64,000 bases of DNA from a virus (IMGVR_UViG_3300022743_000002:1-64000), one strand, 5' to 3'. Shown: positions 43,763 to 53,674, counted from the stretch's first letter. Notes: generated by a model not told the origin, from the letters alone. Numbers and translations: made by a program.

Positions 43763-44011
43763 TCAGTTTTCACGCGCCAGGCGCCACCTACGCCAGACCC
43801 AGCTCACGCCGTTGATGGCGAAGTCCAAAGCAATGATGGTGGCGATGGCCGCGGAAATGATGACAGGACTCAGCACCAGGAACCTGAAGACAGATCCGCC
43901 GACGATCAACACATAAGCAAACGCCGACAGCCAGATAGTTGCAGCATACAGCCCGGCAATCAATACGTGCATGAAGTTCTCCCGGTCAAATCCAACCGGG
44001 TCAAAGTACAC
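43763..44011 (-). CDS. Small membrane protein
   Basis: Two hydrophobic segments and a basic C-terminus; start uncertain. Confidence 0.55.
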   Translation of the reverse strand: MYFDPVGFDRENFMHVLIAGLYAATIWLSAFAYVLIVGGSVFRFLVLSPVIISAAIATIIALDFAINGVSWVWRRWRLAREN

Positions 44012-44057
44012 GCGGCGCCAGGGATGCGCGCCATGGCAAGGCGTGAATTGCGGTGAA

Positions 44058-44309
44058 CTACTCAGAACAACCCTGATCCGAGTAGCAGGACGACCGTAGC
44101 ATCATGGGGCGATTCAGAGCCGGAACGTCTTGGTATCGGGGTTTCGTCAAAACATTGGAAAGCTCACGCTGCGCCGGATCGGTCACCGGCGGCGTTTGGT
44201 TGTACTCAGGGTACATGGTGACGGTCTCCCGAACATCCCCCTTTGTGGCAACGTATGGGATAGCGAACGCCAGGGCAGCGGCGGCTACAAGAATTTCGGT
44301 TTTGGTCAT
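44058..44309 (-). CDS. Small exported/membrane protein
   Basis: N-terminal hydrophobic segment; coupled start. Confidence 0.6.
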   Translation of the reverse strand: MTKTEILVAAAALAFAIPYVATKGDVRETVTMYPEYNQTPPVTDPAQRELSNVLTKPRYQDVPALNRPMMLRSSCYSDQGCSE

Positions 44310-44746
44310 GGAACCCCCACCATTTTGTTGATTGTCACGGCGGCGTGAACGATGGCGTTGACGCTAGCGGACTCAATAATCGAGGTCGCACGCTGGGACG
44401 CTGCGCCGAACGCCCGGGCGTCGGCAATACTAACCCGGGATCCGGCCGCCTTGCATTGCTCGGCCGCGCTTATGGCACCGCGAATGATGCGCAGGTCAGG
44501 CGAGTCGGACCGCATCGTGTCGTACACGTGAGCGAATCCGGCGATTGCCAGCATGGTGACAATGCCGTCAATCACACCGGTGTCCGCCTCGCCTATCTCC
44601 ATCCACGCGCGCGTCTGGTCGACCATTAGGGCATTGAGCCACTTCTTGCGGGTTACCTCAGCGGCTTCATTGATGCGGGCCTGGGCGCGATCGTTGTCGC
44701 TTGGCGCATGCGTTGAACCACGACGAAGGAACGCGAGCAGATTCAT
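44306..44746 (-). CDS. Hypothetical protein
   Basis: ATG 44746 with GGAGGGAG RBS, coupled. Confidence 0.65.
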   Translation of the reverse strand: MNLLAFLRRGSTHAPSDNDRAQARINEAAEVTRKKWLNALMVDQTRAWMEIGEADTGVIDGIVTMLAIAGFAHVYDTMRSDSPDLRIIRGAISAAEQCKAAGSRVSIADARAFGAASQRATSIIESASVNAIVHAAVTINKMVGVP

Positions 44747-44925
44747 TGCGCTCCCTCCGCTGGGCAGCCAGGGCGATCGTCCATGCAGGTGCGCGGCGGT
44801 ACGCCTCGAACCGTGATGCCGCATGTCGGGCAGGTCCAGCACGTGACGATCAGCGGCTCACCAGCTGGCAGGACCTTGGCCAAGAGCTCGGGCTCCTGGG
44901 CTTGGGGGCGGTCGGGGTCGATCAT
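44743..44925 (-). CDS. Small Zn-ribbon-like protein
   Basis: WTCPTCG; ATGA coupling on both sides. Confidence 0.5.
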   Translation of the reverse strand: MIDPDRPQAQEPELLAKVLPAGEPLIVTCWTCPTCGITVRGVPPRTCMDDRPGCPAEGAQ

Positions 44926-45233
44926 GGGGTGATGGGGGTCATGGCTGCGAGAGCGGGGTGAACGTCTGCAGTCTTGGCGGCCTGGCCAATCTGGTATGGC
45001 GTCCACTCAGCGTATGGTGCGAACGGCTTATAGCCCTCGTCACCCTGCAGCAGCGTGATATTGCTCAGGCTGATCTGCTTGCCGATGTGGTCGACGATAG
45101 ATAGGTTGACGCAGTGGTCATTGTGGACATAGGCGATGGTCGCCGCCATGGGCTGGGTGTCGTCGTCGCTATAAACACCTTTGTAGCCGTTGGACCAGAA
45201 CCACACCACGCGCCCGACTGTTGGTTTGATCAT
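44922..45233 (-). CDS. Conserved phage hypothetical protein
   Basis: MIKPTVGRVVWF..PMAATIAYV..VNL; coupled start. Confidence 0.7.
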   Translation of the reverse strand: MIKPTVGRVVWFWSNGYKGVYSDDDTQPMAATIAYVHNDHCVNLSIVDHIGKQISLSNITLLQGDEGYKPFAPYAEWTPYQIGQAAKTADVHPALAAMTPITP

Positions 45234-45871
45234 GCTGCACCGCCTTCCTTCGCCAGGCGCTCGCGCAGCGCGTAGCCCATCAGCGGCCAGACCTTTTGCA
45301 CGGCATTGGCGCGCGCGATTTTGCGGCCCAGCTCGGCATCGAAGTTCTCGGGGCTGGCGCAGGCCGACTCGCCGGTGACGGTGAAGCCGTTGCGCAGTAC
45401 CAGGACGCAAAAAGTCAACAGAGAGAGCGGGTGATCGACTTCGCGGATTGGGTTGTAACTGATGCAGTCAACACCGTTTTGGGCGGTGAAGTAGTATTCA
45501 CTGGCGATGTTCGCCTCAATATCCGCAGGCGTCACACGCGGCGCCGTCAGGCCCTTGGCTTTGATTTCGGCTTCGATGGGGTCTGCACTCAGATGCTCAG
45601 TCTGTGCGTCTGGCTTTGTTTCCACTGGGGCGGACGTGTCAGCGACGGTCGTCGGGCGCGTATCGGGCGCGGTGCCACCCAGCACGTGCTCCAGCATGGC
45701 GCGAGCTTGGACGGCATTTAGCAGATTGGTGCCGATTGGCACGGCGTTGTTTTTCGCAGCGCTGATACGGTCGAACGTGATGTAGCAGTCAGGCGCGAAG
45801 TCCGCCGGCAGATTCCAACTCAAAAAGCGGGACACCATGTCGTCGGTGACGACGGTGGCGGGGTTGGTCAT
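45230..45871 (-). CDS. Phage gp49/66-family domain protein
   Basis: APRVTPADIE..NGFTVTGESACASPENFDAELGRKIA..WPLMGY. Confidence 0.8.
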   Translation of the reverse strand: MTNPATVVTDDMVSRFLSWNLPADFAPDCYITFDRISAAKNNAVPIGTNLLNAVQARAMLEHVLGGTAPDTRPTTVADTSAPVETKPDAQTEHLSADPIEAEIKAKGLTAPRVTPADIEANIASEYYFTAQNGVDCISYNPIREVDHPLSLLTFCVLVLRNGFTVTGESACASPENFDAELGRKIARANAVQKVWPLMGYALRERLAKEGGAA

Positions 45872-46015
45872 AGGGTCTCCAGTAGTCGCCGGGATCCGCC
45901 CGGCTCGGTTTCTGAATTGTACTCTTTTTTGATCATTCCGAATCGTCGGGCAGTTCGGGCCAGCTGGCGCGCCACATCACGGCACAAAACATCCACAGGG
46001 CGAGCGGTGGCCACA

Positions 46016-46540
46016 TTAGGCGGCCCTCCCGGCAGCAAGGAATGAGGCGATGGTGTTGTCCCATGCGCCGTAGCGCTGCACCTCGGCATTGAACGCGGCG
46101 ACGTCGTGCTCCACCAGGCGCCATACCGGGTAGCCGTCCTTGTCGAACTTCATCGCCCCGTACTCGTCGGTGGCTTGCCGGACGTGACAGAGCTCGTGAT
46201 AGACCAGCGCCTCGCGCTCGATCGCCGACGCTTCCGCCCACCATGTCGCATCGATTACGATGACGTAGTCAGGCAGCCCGCGGAGTAGCCGCGTCAGCAT
46301 CATCGCGAACAGGTCTTTGAACGCTCCCTGGCACATGGTCTTGACGGCGTGCACGGATCCAAGCTCGACCTTGCCACCCTTCTCTTTGGGTGTCGCCCGC
46401 ATGAGGTAGCCAAAGCGCACCTCATGCTCTGCAAGCGGGAAATGCTCGGGCAGCCGCATCAGGCGCTCGGCAATGGTCGCCGGGTGCGTAGCCTCGTCTG
46501 GCAGCATGAATGGGTCGAATTCGTCGTTGGTGTCGTTCAT
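46016..46540 (-). CDS. Putative phage metallopeptidase
   Basis: REALVYHELCH (HExxH), HDV..F..V.RYG. Confidence 0.75.
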   Translation of the reverse strand: MNDTNDEFDPFMLPDEATHPATIAERLMRLPEHFPLAEHEVRFGYLMRATPKEKGGKVELGSVHAVKTMCQGAFKDLFAMMLTRLLRGLPDYVIVIDATWWAEASAIEREALVYHELCHVRQATDEYGAMKFDKDGYPVWRLVEHDVAAFNAEVQRYGAWDNTIASFLAAGRAA

Positions 46541-46555
46541 GGCTGTAGTGTGGTG

Positions 46556-46948
46556 TCACGCCGCCCCAAACAGAGCAGCCGTCAGCGGGTCTCGCCTGGG
46601 CGCCTTATCTCGCCAGTAGGCCGCGCGCCGCCTCGCCAGGACGTCGTCCCAGTCGCCATTTTTTCGGCGCGTCTCGCGGCTTCGTCGGTCTCGATCCTTT
46701 TGTGTGGACCGCTTGAGCCGGCACCGGACGTCGGCACCGGGCCCCGGGTGATAGATGGCTACGGAAATGCCGGGGCACTTCTCCGAGCGCTTCCAGTCTC
46801 CGATGTGGGCTTGCCGGTTGTCGCGCAGATACGCCAGCCAGCGGGTGACGGCCGCAAGGCTAACACCAGTGGCTGCGTGGATTTCGGCATGCGTGCCTGG
46901 CAGCGCCGCCAGCACAGCCTCACGGGCGGGGCTTTTGCGTTGCTTCAT
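46556..46948 (-). CDS. HTH-containing hypothetical protein
   Basis: THAEIHAATGVSLAAVTRWL; C-terminal RDPLTAALFG. Confidence 0.7.
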   Translation of the reverse strand: MKQRKSPAREAVLAALPGTHAEIHAATGVSLAAVTRWLAYLRDNRQAHIGDWKRSEKCPGISVAIYHPGPGADVRCRLKRSTQKDRDRRSRETRRKNGDWDDVLARRRAAYWRDKAPRRDPLTAALFGAA

Positions 46949-47139
46949 GTGAACAGATCAATGGTCAAATGGTCCCGCGTCACAGCTTCAGCCGCCAGGC
47001 TCCTTGGCGCCAGCAGGCCGGCCTTGAGAGCGCACACCGGCCCGACCGGGTAGCCACCCTGCAGCGCAGCAGCTTTCAGCATAGGGCGATGGCACAAGGC
47101 GCAAACCATACGGACGCGCGGATAAGGTTTTTTGGTCAT
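46945..47139 (-). CDS. Small Zn-finger protein
   Basis: CALCHRPM..GPVCA. Confidence 0.65.
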   Translation of the reverse strand: MTKKPYPRVRMVCALCHRPMLKAAALQGGYPVGPVCALKAGLLAPRSLAAEAVTRDHLTIDLFT

Positions 47140-47243
47140 TTTCGATTACTTTGCAGCGCCCGACCTGCGCCCGAAAAGCGGAGCCAAACGGCTGAAAGCT
47201 AGTATCCATGCGGGTTTTCTGGGTTTCATAAACAGCTTGCGAG

Positions 47244-47537
47244 TCAGTTATGCGTCGGCGCGCTTACCTGGACAGCGGTAACCCGTGCCGGGAATTCAGG
47301 CGTCGGACTGTCCTCGCGCTGGCAGCGTATGCCGGCGTCGACGCCAGTCTTGAGTTTGATGCCGCAGCAGCACACCGCGGCCTCGCTGGATCCTTGCGCC
47401 TCGGCTTCACACCCAGAGCAGCGGTACGTCCGCCGCCGATCGAAGGCCTCGTGCATCAGCACGCGCGAAAAGCACACTCTGCAAATGTGGTCAGTGATGA
47501 CCCAGCCCTGCACCGGCTCGCGCATTGACTTCACCAC
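47244..47537 (-). CDS. Cys-rich Zn-binding protein
   Basis: HICRVC, CSGC, CCCG. Confidence 0.7.
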   Translation of the reverse strand: MVKSMREPVQGWVITDHICRVCFSRVLMHEAFDRRRTYRCSGCEAEAQGSSEAAVCCCGIKLKTGVDAGIRCQREDSPTPEFPARVTAVQVSAPTHN

Positions 47538-48067
47538 AGCCGCGCCTGCCTGATTGCCGCCGGCGGCGTTGAGTTGAACGCGAACACCACGGACTGTTTG
47601 GAGTCGCGCAGCACGGCCACCACCAACTCATCGGTGTCCACGCTGTGCCGCAGCTTGAGCGTGCACAGCTCGGAGCCATGCCGGTACCGGATCCGCCTGG
47701 CATCTAGCGCGCACAGCTTGACGGGCGCCGTGCCCTTGGCATTGCGGCCCTTGACCAGCTCATATTCGCGATTTTTGCACGACACACACACCATGCCGCC
47801 AATCAGCCGGCCAGCAGAGCGGTGGCACCTGGCGCACGTCAGCGTGCCCTTGAGCGGCGACATTGAGGCCGCAACCTCACCAGCATGGACGGCGCCAATC
47901 GGGCACAGCCTGCAGTTGGAGTGACTCCCGTCGTTGAGCTCATCGGCGCGCCGCCACGAATCCCGGCATGCCGCAGTGGACAGCGTCGCCCGCATGCGTT
48001 CACAGCGGAAATACAGCTTCCCAGGTACGTTTTCGTAGGTGAAATAATCAACCATGCGCGGCCCCAT
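47531..48067 (-). CDS. Cys-rich Zn-binding protein (possible transcription regulator)
   Basis: CRLCPIG..H, CARC, CVSC. Confidence 0.7.
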   Translation of the reverse strand: MGPRMVDYFTYENVPGKLYFRCERMRATLSTAACRDSWRRADELNDGSHSNCRLCPIGAVHAGEVAASMSPLKGTLTCARCHRSAGRLIGGMVCVSCKNREYELVKGRNAKGTAPVKLCALDARRIRYRHGSELCTLKLRHSVDTDELVVAVLRDSKQSVVFAFNSTPPAAIRQARLW

Positions 48068-48211
48068 TTAATCGTATTTGTGCAATTCTACACCTTGAAT
48101 TCCAAATTTGAGCAAGTGTTTTACAGTGATTTTGCGTGAAGCCCAAGCATTTATGTATTGCTTTATCAATTTATTATTATAATTTCCCCGCCCACAACCA
48201 AGGAGTGAACG

Positions 48212-48472
48212 ATGACTGATTCCACACAGGCAAAGCGCCCATTGATCGACATGAGCGCATTCAAGGCAAAGCTGATCCAGAAGAACGGCAGAGGCCGACG
48301 CGGTAAGTACCCCTGGGATTCGATGAAGATCGACGACTGCTTTTTTGTCGACAACGATCAATCCCGAATTTCCAGCGTGCGCAGCATGGCCAGCGCAAAG
48401 GGGCGCGATCTGGGTAAGAAGTTCTCAGTGACCATCGGGGCCGGTGGAAGCTGGGTTACAAGGGAGAAGTAA
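48212..48472 (+). CDS. Small basic DNA-binding-like protein
   Basis: AAGGAG RBS; GRRGKYPWDSM..DCFFV. Confidence 0.75.
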   Translation: MTDSTQAKRPLIDMSAFKAKLIQKNGRGRRGKYPWDSMKIDDCFFVDNDQSRISSVRSMASAKGRDLGKKFSVTIGAGGSWVTREK

Positions 48473-48479
48473 CTAGGTA

Positions 48480-48735
48480 TCAGGTCGGTATCGGCCGAAG
48501 GGCTTTGACTTTCAAGGCTTTTTCGGCGAAATACCGCCTATAAATAAATAAAATTCTTTTTAGAGATAGTAGAGTAGAGAGAGGTATGGGAATGAATGAA
48601 ATTTTTTGTTTCTCTTTATATTTCTTCTTCTGTCTTTGTGTCTGGGTGATCCGGCGGTAGGTGCGGTAGCAAATCTCCGAAAAACCGATAATTTTCTTAT
48701 AAATCAACCACTTGCGCGTAACCGCGCGATACCGA
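48480..48735. other. Candidate replication origin (AT-rich, strand-asymmetric intergenic region)
   Basis: Purine tract then pyrimidine tract, flanked by TACCG/CGGTA repeats. Confidence 0.4.
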
Positions 48736-48742
48736 GGAAGCC

Positions 48743-49381
48743 ATGAAAATCGATAATGTGCTCAAAATCCGCCGATCCATCTTGGCATTGGAGCCCGGTG
48801 CGTCGGCGACGATCAATCTACAAGGCGAGGACTTGAACGACGTTCTTGCCGAAGCAAAGAACTTTGTTAAAAGCCGAAAACTGCTGTGCGCCTTTGAAAT
48901 GGACGGTCGCGGATTGCGCGTCACCCGCGTCGCCGGCGGGTCAGGCTCAAACCTTTACCCTGAAATAGATGCCCTAGAAGTTGGGGGGTCGAAGCTCTTT
49001 GAGCTGCCGCCAGCCCTTCACCAGCGGATACGGCTGGCCGCCAGCAACAGATCAAGGTCGACGGGGGTACGATTGTCCTGCACCCGCGACGGCGACTTCA
49101 TTCGTGTCACCCGACTGCCTGTAACGGACGACGACGAGGCGGCATGTGGGGCAATCCAGCTCCCTGCCAGGGCTACGAAATACGACATGGAGCGCCTTGC
49201 AAATGGCGAGCGCCTGACGTTCAGCTTGGAGCGACGTGACCACCACAAGCTGCGCCTGGCCGCCCACCGCCACGCCGTCAAAACCGGCTGGACTATCAGG
49301 TGCAGGATCCAGGACGACGGAACTATGCTGGTTTATCGCGCTGATCTGCCGACGACCGTGATAGCGACCCCAAACCCCTAG
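48743..49381 (+). CDS. Hypothetical protein with three tandem small domains
   Basis: GAGG RBS; repeated 'ALE.G.S...R..A...LRVTR' units resembling the 48212 protein. Confidence 0.7.
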   Translation: MKIDNVLKIRRSILALEPGASATINLQGEDLNDVLAEAKNFVKSRKLLCAFEMDGRGLRVTRVAGGSGSNLYPEIDALEVGGSKLFELPPALHQRIRLAASNRSRSTGVRLSCTRDGDFIRVTRLPVTDDDEAACGAIQLPARATKYDMERLANGERLTFSLERRDHHKLRLAAHRHAVKTGWTIRCRIQDDGTMLVYRADLPTTVIATPNP

Positions 49382-49539
49382 TCAAATCAATGGTATTTCA
49401 CGATAGTGCTATCACAACTATCAGAGTGACGCCGTGATAGCGCTACGTAATAACTAATCAAATTTGCGTAAATACAACACACGACTTACTCAAAATTGAT
49501 TACACTGATGGCATGGAATTAAACAAAAAGGAGTTTGAG

Positions 49540-49761
49540 ATGACAGCTATCAGCATCGCAGGAGCCGCAGTAATCGTGCCCGCCGCCAGCCTGGTGGCCT
49601 ACAAGCAGCTCGATGACGAGACCATCGCAACTGTGTCCGGCAACCGCGTGGCGATCTGGAACATTGAAGGCGATGACGCAATCCAGCTCGGCAACCTGGC
49701 CGCTGGCACCTCTGGGCTGTCGATCGACCAGATGATCAGCAAACTCTGGGCCAAGGCCTGA
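49540..49761 (+). CDS. Hypothetical protein
   Basis: AAGGAG RBS before ATG 49540. Confidence 0.7.
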   Translation: MTAISIAGAAVIVPAASLVAYKQLDDETIATVSGNRVAIWNIEGDDAIQLGNLAAGTSGLSIDQMISKLWAKA

Positions 49762-49799
49762 TTCCACCGCCCCCTGATTTTCTTTACTGCCTAACTACC

Positions 49800-50000
49800 A
49801 TGTTCAAATCCCTCAAAAACCTTTTCTTCCCGCCATTGCCAACCGCCATGGAGCTGGCCGTCCGTGAACTCGCTGCCGCAGAGCGCGAAAAGCTGATCGC
49901 CGAGACTGATCGCGAACGCGCCACCGCATGCGTGACCTTCCGCGACGCCCAGATCAAGCGCCTGCGCGCCTACCTGGCGGCCAATGGGGCGCAGTCGTGA
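49800..50000 (+). CDS. Hypothetical coiled-coil protein
   Basis: 66 aa, coupled to the next gene. Confidence 0.65.
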   Translation: MFKSLKNLFFPPLPTAMELAVRELAAAEREKLIAETDRERATACVTFRDAQIKRLRAYLAANGAQS

Positions 50001-50272
50001 AGTCGCAGGAAAAGCGCGCCGACTGCTGCGACGACTCGGGTCAATGCACTCATGGTTACGGGTGCCCGCTGCGCGTGACCATGCAGCCGGATCACTGCGA
50101 AACGACCATCAATGCGGCGTGGTTTCTCATTGACCTGGCCTGGGGCTTTTTGGCCGCCCTGGGCCTCGTATCCGTCGCCGCGCTCGTCGGGCTTTACCTG
50201 GCTGGGTTCTTTCACTGGCTGTCCACCAAATACCCCGGCAACGCGGTCCTGCAATTATTGTTCGGGACCTGA
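49997..50272 (+). CDS. Small Cys-rich membrane protein
   Basis: GTGA overlap; CCD..G.C.HG.GCP.R plus a TM segment. Confidence 0.6.
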   Translation: MKSQEKRADCCDDSGQCTHGYGCPLRVTMQPDHCETTINAAWFLIDLAWGFLAALGLVSVAALVGLYLAGFFHWLSTKYPGNAVLQLLFGT

Positions 50273-50273
50273 T

Positions 50274-50561
50274 ATGACAACCAACTACGCCAACATCATT
50301 AAAAACCTTGAGGCAACGTGCAGCTGCACGATGGCAGGCCGCGAGGGTGCGGCCGCAATGCGCCAGCTGTTGGAGCGCGTGGCCGAGTTGGAGTCGCGGC
50401 AAATTGTTGGCAACCCGGACGCCTACACCGTTGGCCTGCAGCATCCGCACTGGCATGAGGTGCAACTGACAATGGGCGATCTGAGCAAGCACTGGGGGCG
50501 TCATATCGACGGCGGCGACGTCAGGGTGTACGCCATCTACGCGATCGTGGTGAAGCCATGA
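50274..50561 (+). CDS. Hypothetical protein
   Basis: ATG 1 nt after the upstream stop; ends before a terminator. Confidence 0.6.
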   Translation: MTTNYANIIKNLEATCSCTMAGREGAAAMRQLLERVAELESRQIVGNPDAYTVGLQHPHWHEVQLTMGDLSKHWGRHIDGGDVRVYAIYAIVVKP

Positions 50562-50582
50562 CAGGCGCCGCCAAGACAAACC

Positions 50583-50606
50583 AGCCCGCCTAGTGCGGGC
50601 TTTTTG
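50583..50606 (+). terminator. Rho-independent terminator
   Basis: AGCCCGC-CTAGT-GCGGGCT followed by a T run. Confidence 0.8.
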
Positions 50607-50690
50607 CTATGCTCGGGGCTTCGACACGGACGAGCATTTTGTGCAAGTTCACTCAGGGGGTCGCCTTCACAGGTTGACCCCTTGTTTTAT

Positions 50691-53474
50691 TTAGAACGCT
50701 GGCTCTGTACGGTCGGCTGACACGATGGGCCCCAGCGGGATCCGGATGCACTTGTTCTGCATGCCGTTGAACCGCTCTGGCTTGTTGTCGTTCTTGTCGG
50801 CACCCTCAACCCGAAGCAGGACGCCGCGCAGGTCCGCCTCGAACGTGGTGCCCTGCATGAGCCGCTTGAGCTCATTGGAGTTATTTGACAACACCAACCA
50901 CCCGCCCTTCACCTTCATGCCATGGCGCTGCAGCAGAGCATCGGCTGTGACGTCGTTAATTTCAGTCATGCCGGTGGAGTCGCTGCTTGCGGCCTTCAGC
51001 AGCTCGTAGACCGTTAGTTCCGTCCCGCTCTTTACCCGGATGTGAGCCTCCATCAACGATGACAGGGCGCGGTGAGACTCGTCGCTGTCGGCGTTGTCTC
51101 TCAGCTCTTGCCAATTGTGGCTATCGAATATCACCCTGGCTTGATCTGTTGTGGCGACCGACGACGATATAAGCGACCATGCGCCAGCCAGGAGCGCGCC
51201 ATACTGATCGCCATCGCGCTGACTTCCAAACACGTCGGCACCAACGGAACTAAAGACCTCGATATTCTTCAACGTGACTGGAAGTAGCTCAATGCTACGA
51301 CGCAGTAGGCGACCGCGCATCGGAGAGTCCTCGCGCCCGCAAAACTCGTACATGGCGTCTCGCATGCGCGACCAATCGCGGCCGGAGTTACTGTCGGACT
51401 CTTTGCCTGACTTGAGGGTAAGCACAGTAAGGCGGTCAATGTCGGCTTTGTGCTTGAGCGCGACCTGGATCGACGCCAGGCAGAACATTGAGCGGATGTG
51501 ATAGGTCATGCCGCTACCGTCAGTCGTACCCTTGAGCGTTTCCGCGTCGGACTCGGTGGACGCCTGGCGTATCAGGCCAAGGATGGACTGCACGCGCCTT
51601 GCGTCGCCCTCCTCGTTAGACTCAGACTCGTCCATGATCACCGGCCTGGCGTCGGCGCGCAGCCGCTGGCGGATACCCGCCTCGGAGCTATTGCCCTGCG
51701 CAAACACGTCGGTGCCCTTGAGTAGACTGTGACCGAACTTAGCTAGGCTGGACTTGCCGGATCCGGCGCCACCGGTCATCCAAATGTGCGGGCGCCACGG
51801 AATGGCACCACAGATAGGCGCCAGCGCGATCCAGCCGGCGAAAAGCAGAGCGCTGCCGTCCACCGTCCACCGAAACATTTTGATTATGTCGACCAGCTTC
51901 TGCCCGTCCTCGTCGGTCATCATCTCGTCGGCCGGTAACTGCATGGACTTCGCCATTTCGTACACGAACTTCGATGTGATCTGGGTGACGTCCATAGGCT
52001 CACCGTCGACCGACAGGTGGCTACCGTGGTGATAGACCACGCGGCCATCATCCAGCCAGGCGCCGCGGCCACGGATCTTCTCGGTGTCGAATATCCCGCG
52101 TTGCTCTGCGGTCCGGATGATGAATTGCGCGGCCGCCTTGGTATCGATCGCCGATCGCGCGCCGGGAAAGTGCATCTCCCACCAGTTGATATCGGCGAGC
52201 TCGATCAATCCGACTTCGCTGAAATCGCCCTTGCTTCGCTCGGTGATCTGCCGCTTGCCGTGCTGGAAAATGTAGTACGTCTCGCGGTTGTAGCCCAGGA
52301 TCGTGAAGTGACCATTGCGAGCAGGCACATCGCCACCGACGTCGGCAGTAGGTAGGACGGTCACGGAACCATCGAACGGCGCAGGCTCTGGTGGGCCGTC
52401 CTCCCAGGGCTGAGGGTCATGGACGTCGTCCTCGGGAAGCGACTCTGGCGGGTTGATAGCCTCGGCAATGGCATCGCGCACCGCGTCGGCACCGCATGCC
52501 ACGAACAGGTCATTGAAGTCGGTCGGCTTGCCGTCGGCATCCTCGGGGAAGTGGGGAATGGCAACGACGCCACCAACGGCCGCCGCAGCTTTGCTGGCAT
52601 GGTGCACGCCGGGGTTTTCGATCGGCTGGAGCGTGAACCGGTCATTGTCGGCGAGGAACACCAGCAGGGCCTCGGGGAAGCGCTTGCGCAGCACCTGGCC
52701 CACTGCCAGCAGGTTGCCGGCGTCGAATGCCACAATCGCCGCGTGGCCCGTGACCTCGTGAGCCGTCGCCATGGTGGCATAGCCTTCGCCGATTGCGATC
52801 ACCTGGCGCTGGACGCCTGCGACCTCCATCGTCACCGGCTTGCCGAAGCTGTAGAACAGACCGGACTTGGCGCCCCCAGACAGGAAATCCTTGTCGCGGT
52901 CGCCGACCTTGCCCGTGAATATGGCCTGCAGGCTGTGAATCTTCTTGCCGGCATCGCGAATTGGGATCAGCAGCGCCTGCTTGCTGATGACGCGCACCTC
53001 GCCGGTTTCCGGGTCCTTCTTCTCCCATGCGCCAACCCGTAGGCCGTGGGATTTGACTTGCTTGCGAGTCAGGTACGGGTGATCGGTGCACTCGGCGGCC
53101 GCATCCCAGCAGGACACAGCACGCGCCGCGGCCTCGGCCCTGGTGGCGGCCTCAGCGGCCTCGCGCTCGACCTTCTGGCGCTCGATGCGCTCGCGATAGG
53201 CGCGGCGCTCCTCGGGCGTCAGTGGTTTGGTCTTTTCCTTGCTGGTCCAGGTGAATTTGGCTGTGTTGCCGTAGCGCTTATTACAACCAAAGGCTCCCGA
53301 AGGCTTGCCGTCTAAATGTAGAACGTACCACCCAGTGCGGGTTAGCTTGCGGTCGCCGTCGACGTGGATACGATGAAATTTGCCATCAGCAATGATTTCG
53401 TCGCTGACTGGAATGTCTTGCTCGCGCATTGCGGCGCGGAACTGGTCAATTATTTGAGATTCATTCATACGCAC
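50691..53474 (-). CDS. DNA primase-helicase (Toprim plus P-loop)
   Basis: HPYL, GEGYAT, AFDAGNL, ADND, TDFND; GGAGSGKS, IMDE. Confidence 0.88.
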   Translation of the reverse strand: MRMNESQIIDQFRAAMREQDIPVSDEIIADGKFHRIHVDGDRKLTRTGWYVLHLDGKPSGAFGCNKRYGNTAKFTWTSKEKTKPLTPEERRAYRERIERQKVEREAAEAATRAEAAARAVSCWDAAAECTDHPYLTRKQVKSHGLRVGAWEKKDPETGEVRVISKQALLIPIRDAGKKIHSLQAIFTGKVGDRDKDFLSGGAKSGLFYSFGKPVTMEVAGVQRQVIAIGEGYATMATAHEVTGHAAIVAFDAGNLLAVGQVLRKRFPEALLVFLADNDRFTLQPIENPGVHHASKAAAAVGGVVAIPHFPEDADGKPTDFNDLFVACGADAVRDAIAEAINPPESLPEDDVHDPQPWEDGPPEPAPFDGSVTVLPTADVGGDVPARNGHFTILGYNRETYYIFQHGKRQITERSKGDFSEVGLIELADINWWEMHFPGARSAIDTKAAAQFIIRTAEQRGIFDTEKIRGRGAWLDDGRVVYHHGSHLSVDGEPMDVTQITSKFVYEMAKSMQLPADEMMTDEDGQKLVDIIKMFRWTVDGSALLFAGWIALAPICGAIPWRPHIWMTGGAGSGKSSLAKFGHSLLKGTDVFAQGNSSEAGIRQRLRADARPVIMDESESNEEGDARRVQSILGLIRQASTESDAETLKGTTDGSGMTYHIRSMFCLASIQVALKHKADIDRLTVLTLKSGKESDSNSGRDWSRMRDAMYEFCGREDSPMRGRLLRRSIELLPVTLKNIEVFSSVGADVFGSQRDGDQYGALLAGAWSLISSSVATTDQARVIFDSHNWQELRDNADSDESHRALSSLMEAHIRVKSGTELTVYELLKAASSDSTGMTEINDVTADALLQRHGMKVKGGWLVLSNNSNELKRLMQGTTFEADLRGVLLRVEGADKNDNKPERFNGMQNKCIRIPLGPIVSADRTEPAF

Positions 53475-53674
53475 TCCATGATGCGCATGTATTATTTTTA
53501 CTCATTCCGGCTGCTATCCAGAGTTGTCGCTGAGGGTAAATGCTCGGGCCAGGCGCCAGCAGTAGCGCTTTTCGGTAGCTAACCTATGCCTTCGCAAAAC
53601 ATGTTGTCTCACGCCGCCATGATTCAGCCCCAAAGGCTTCGCGTGACGACGCATGAAAGCTGGTGATTATGCCT

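Noticed and set aside
53641-53656. GCGTGAC in the primase leader
   Set aside because: No nAnnnT hexamer at the right spacing, and it points away from the gene
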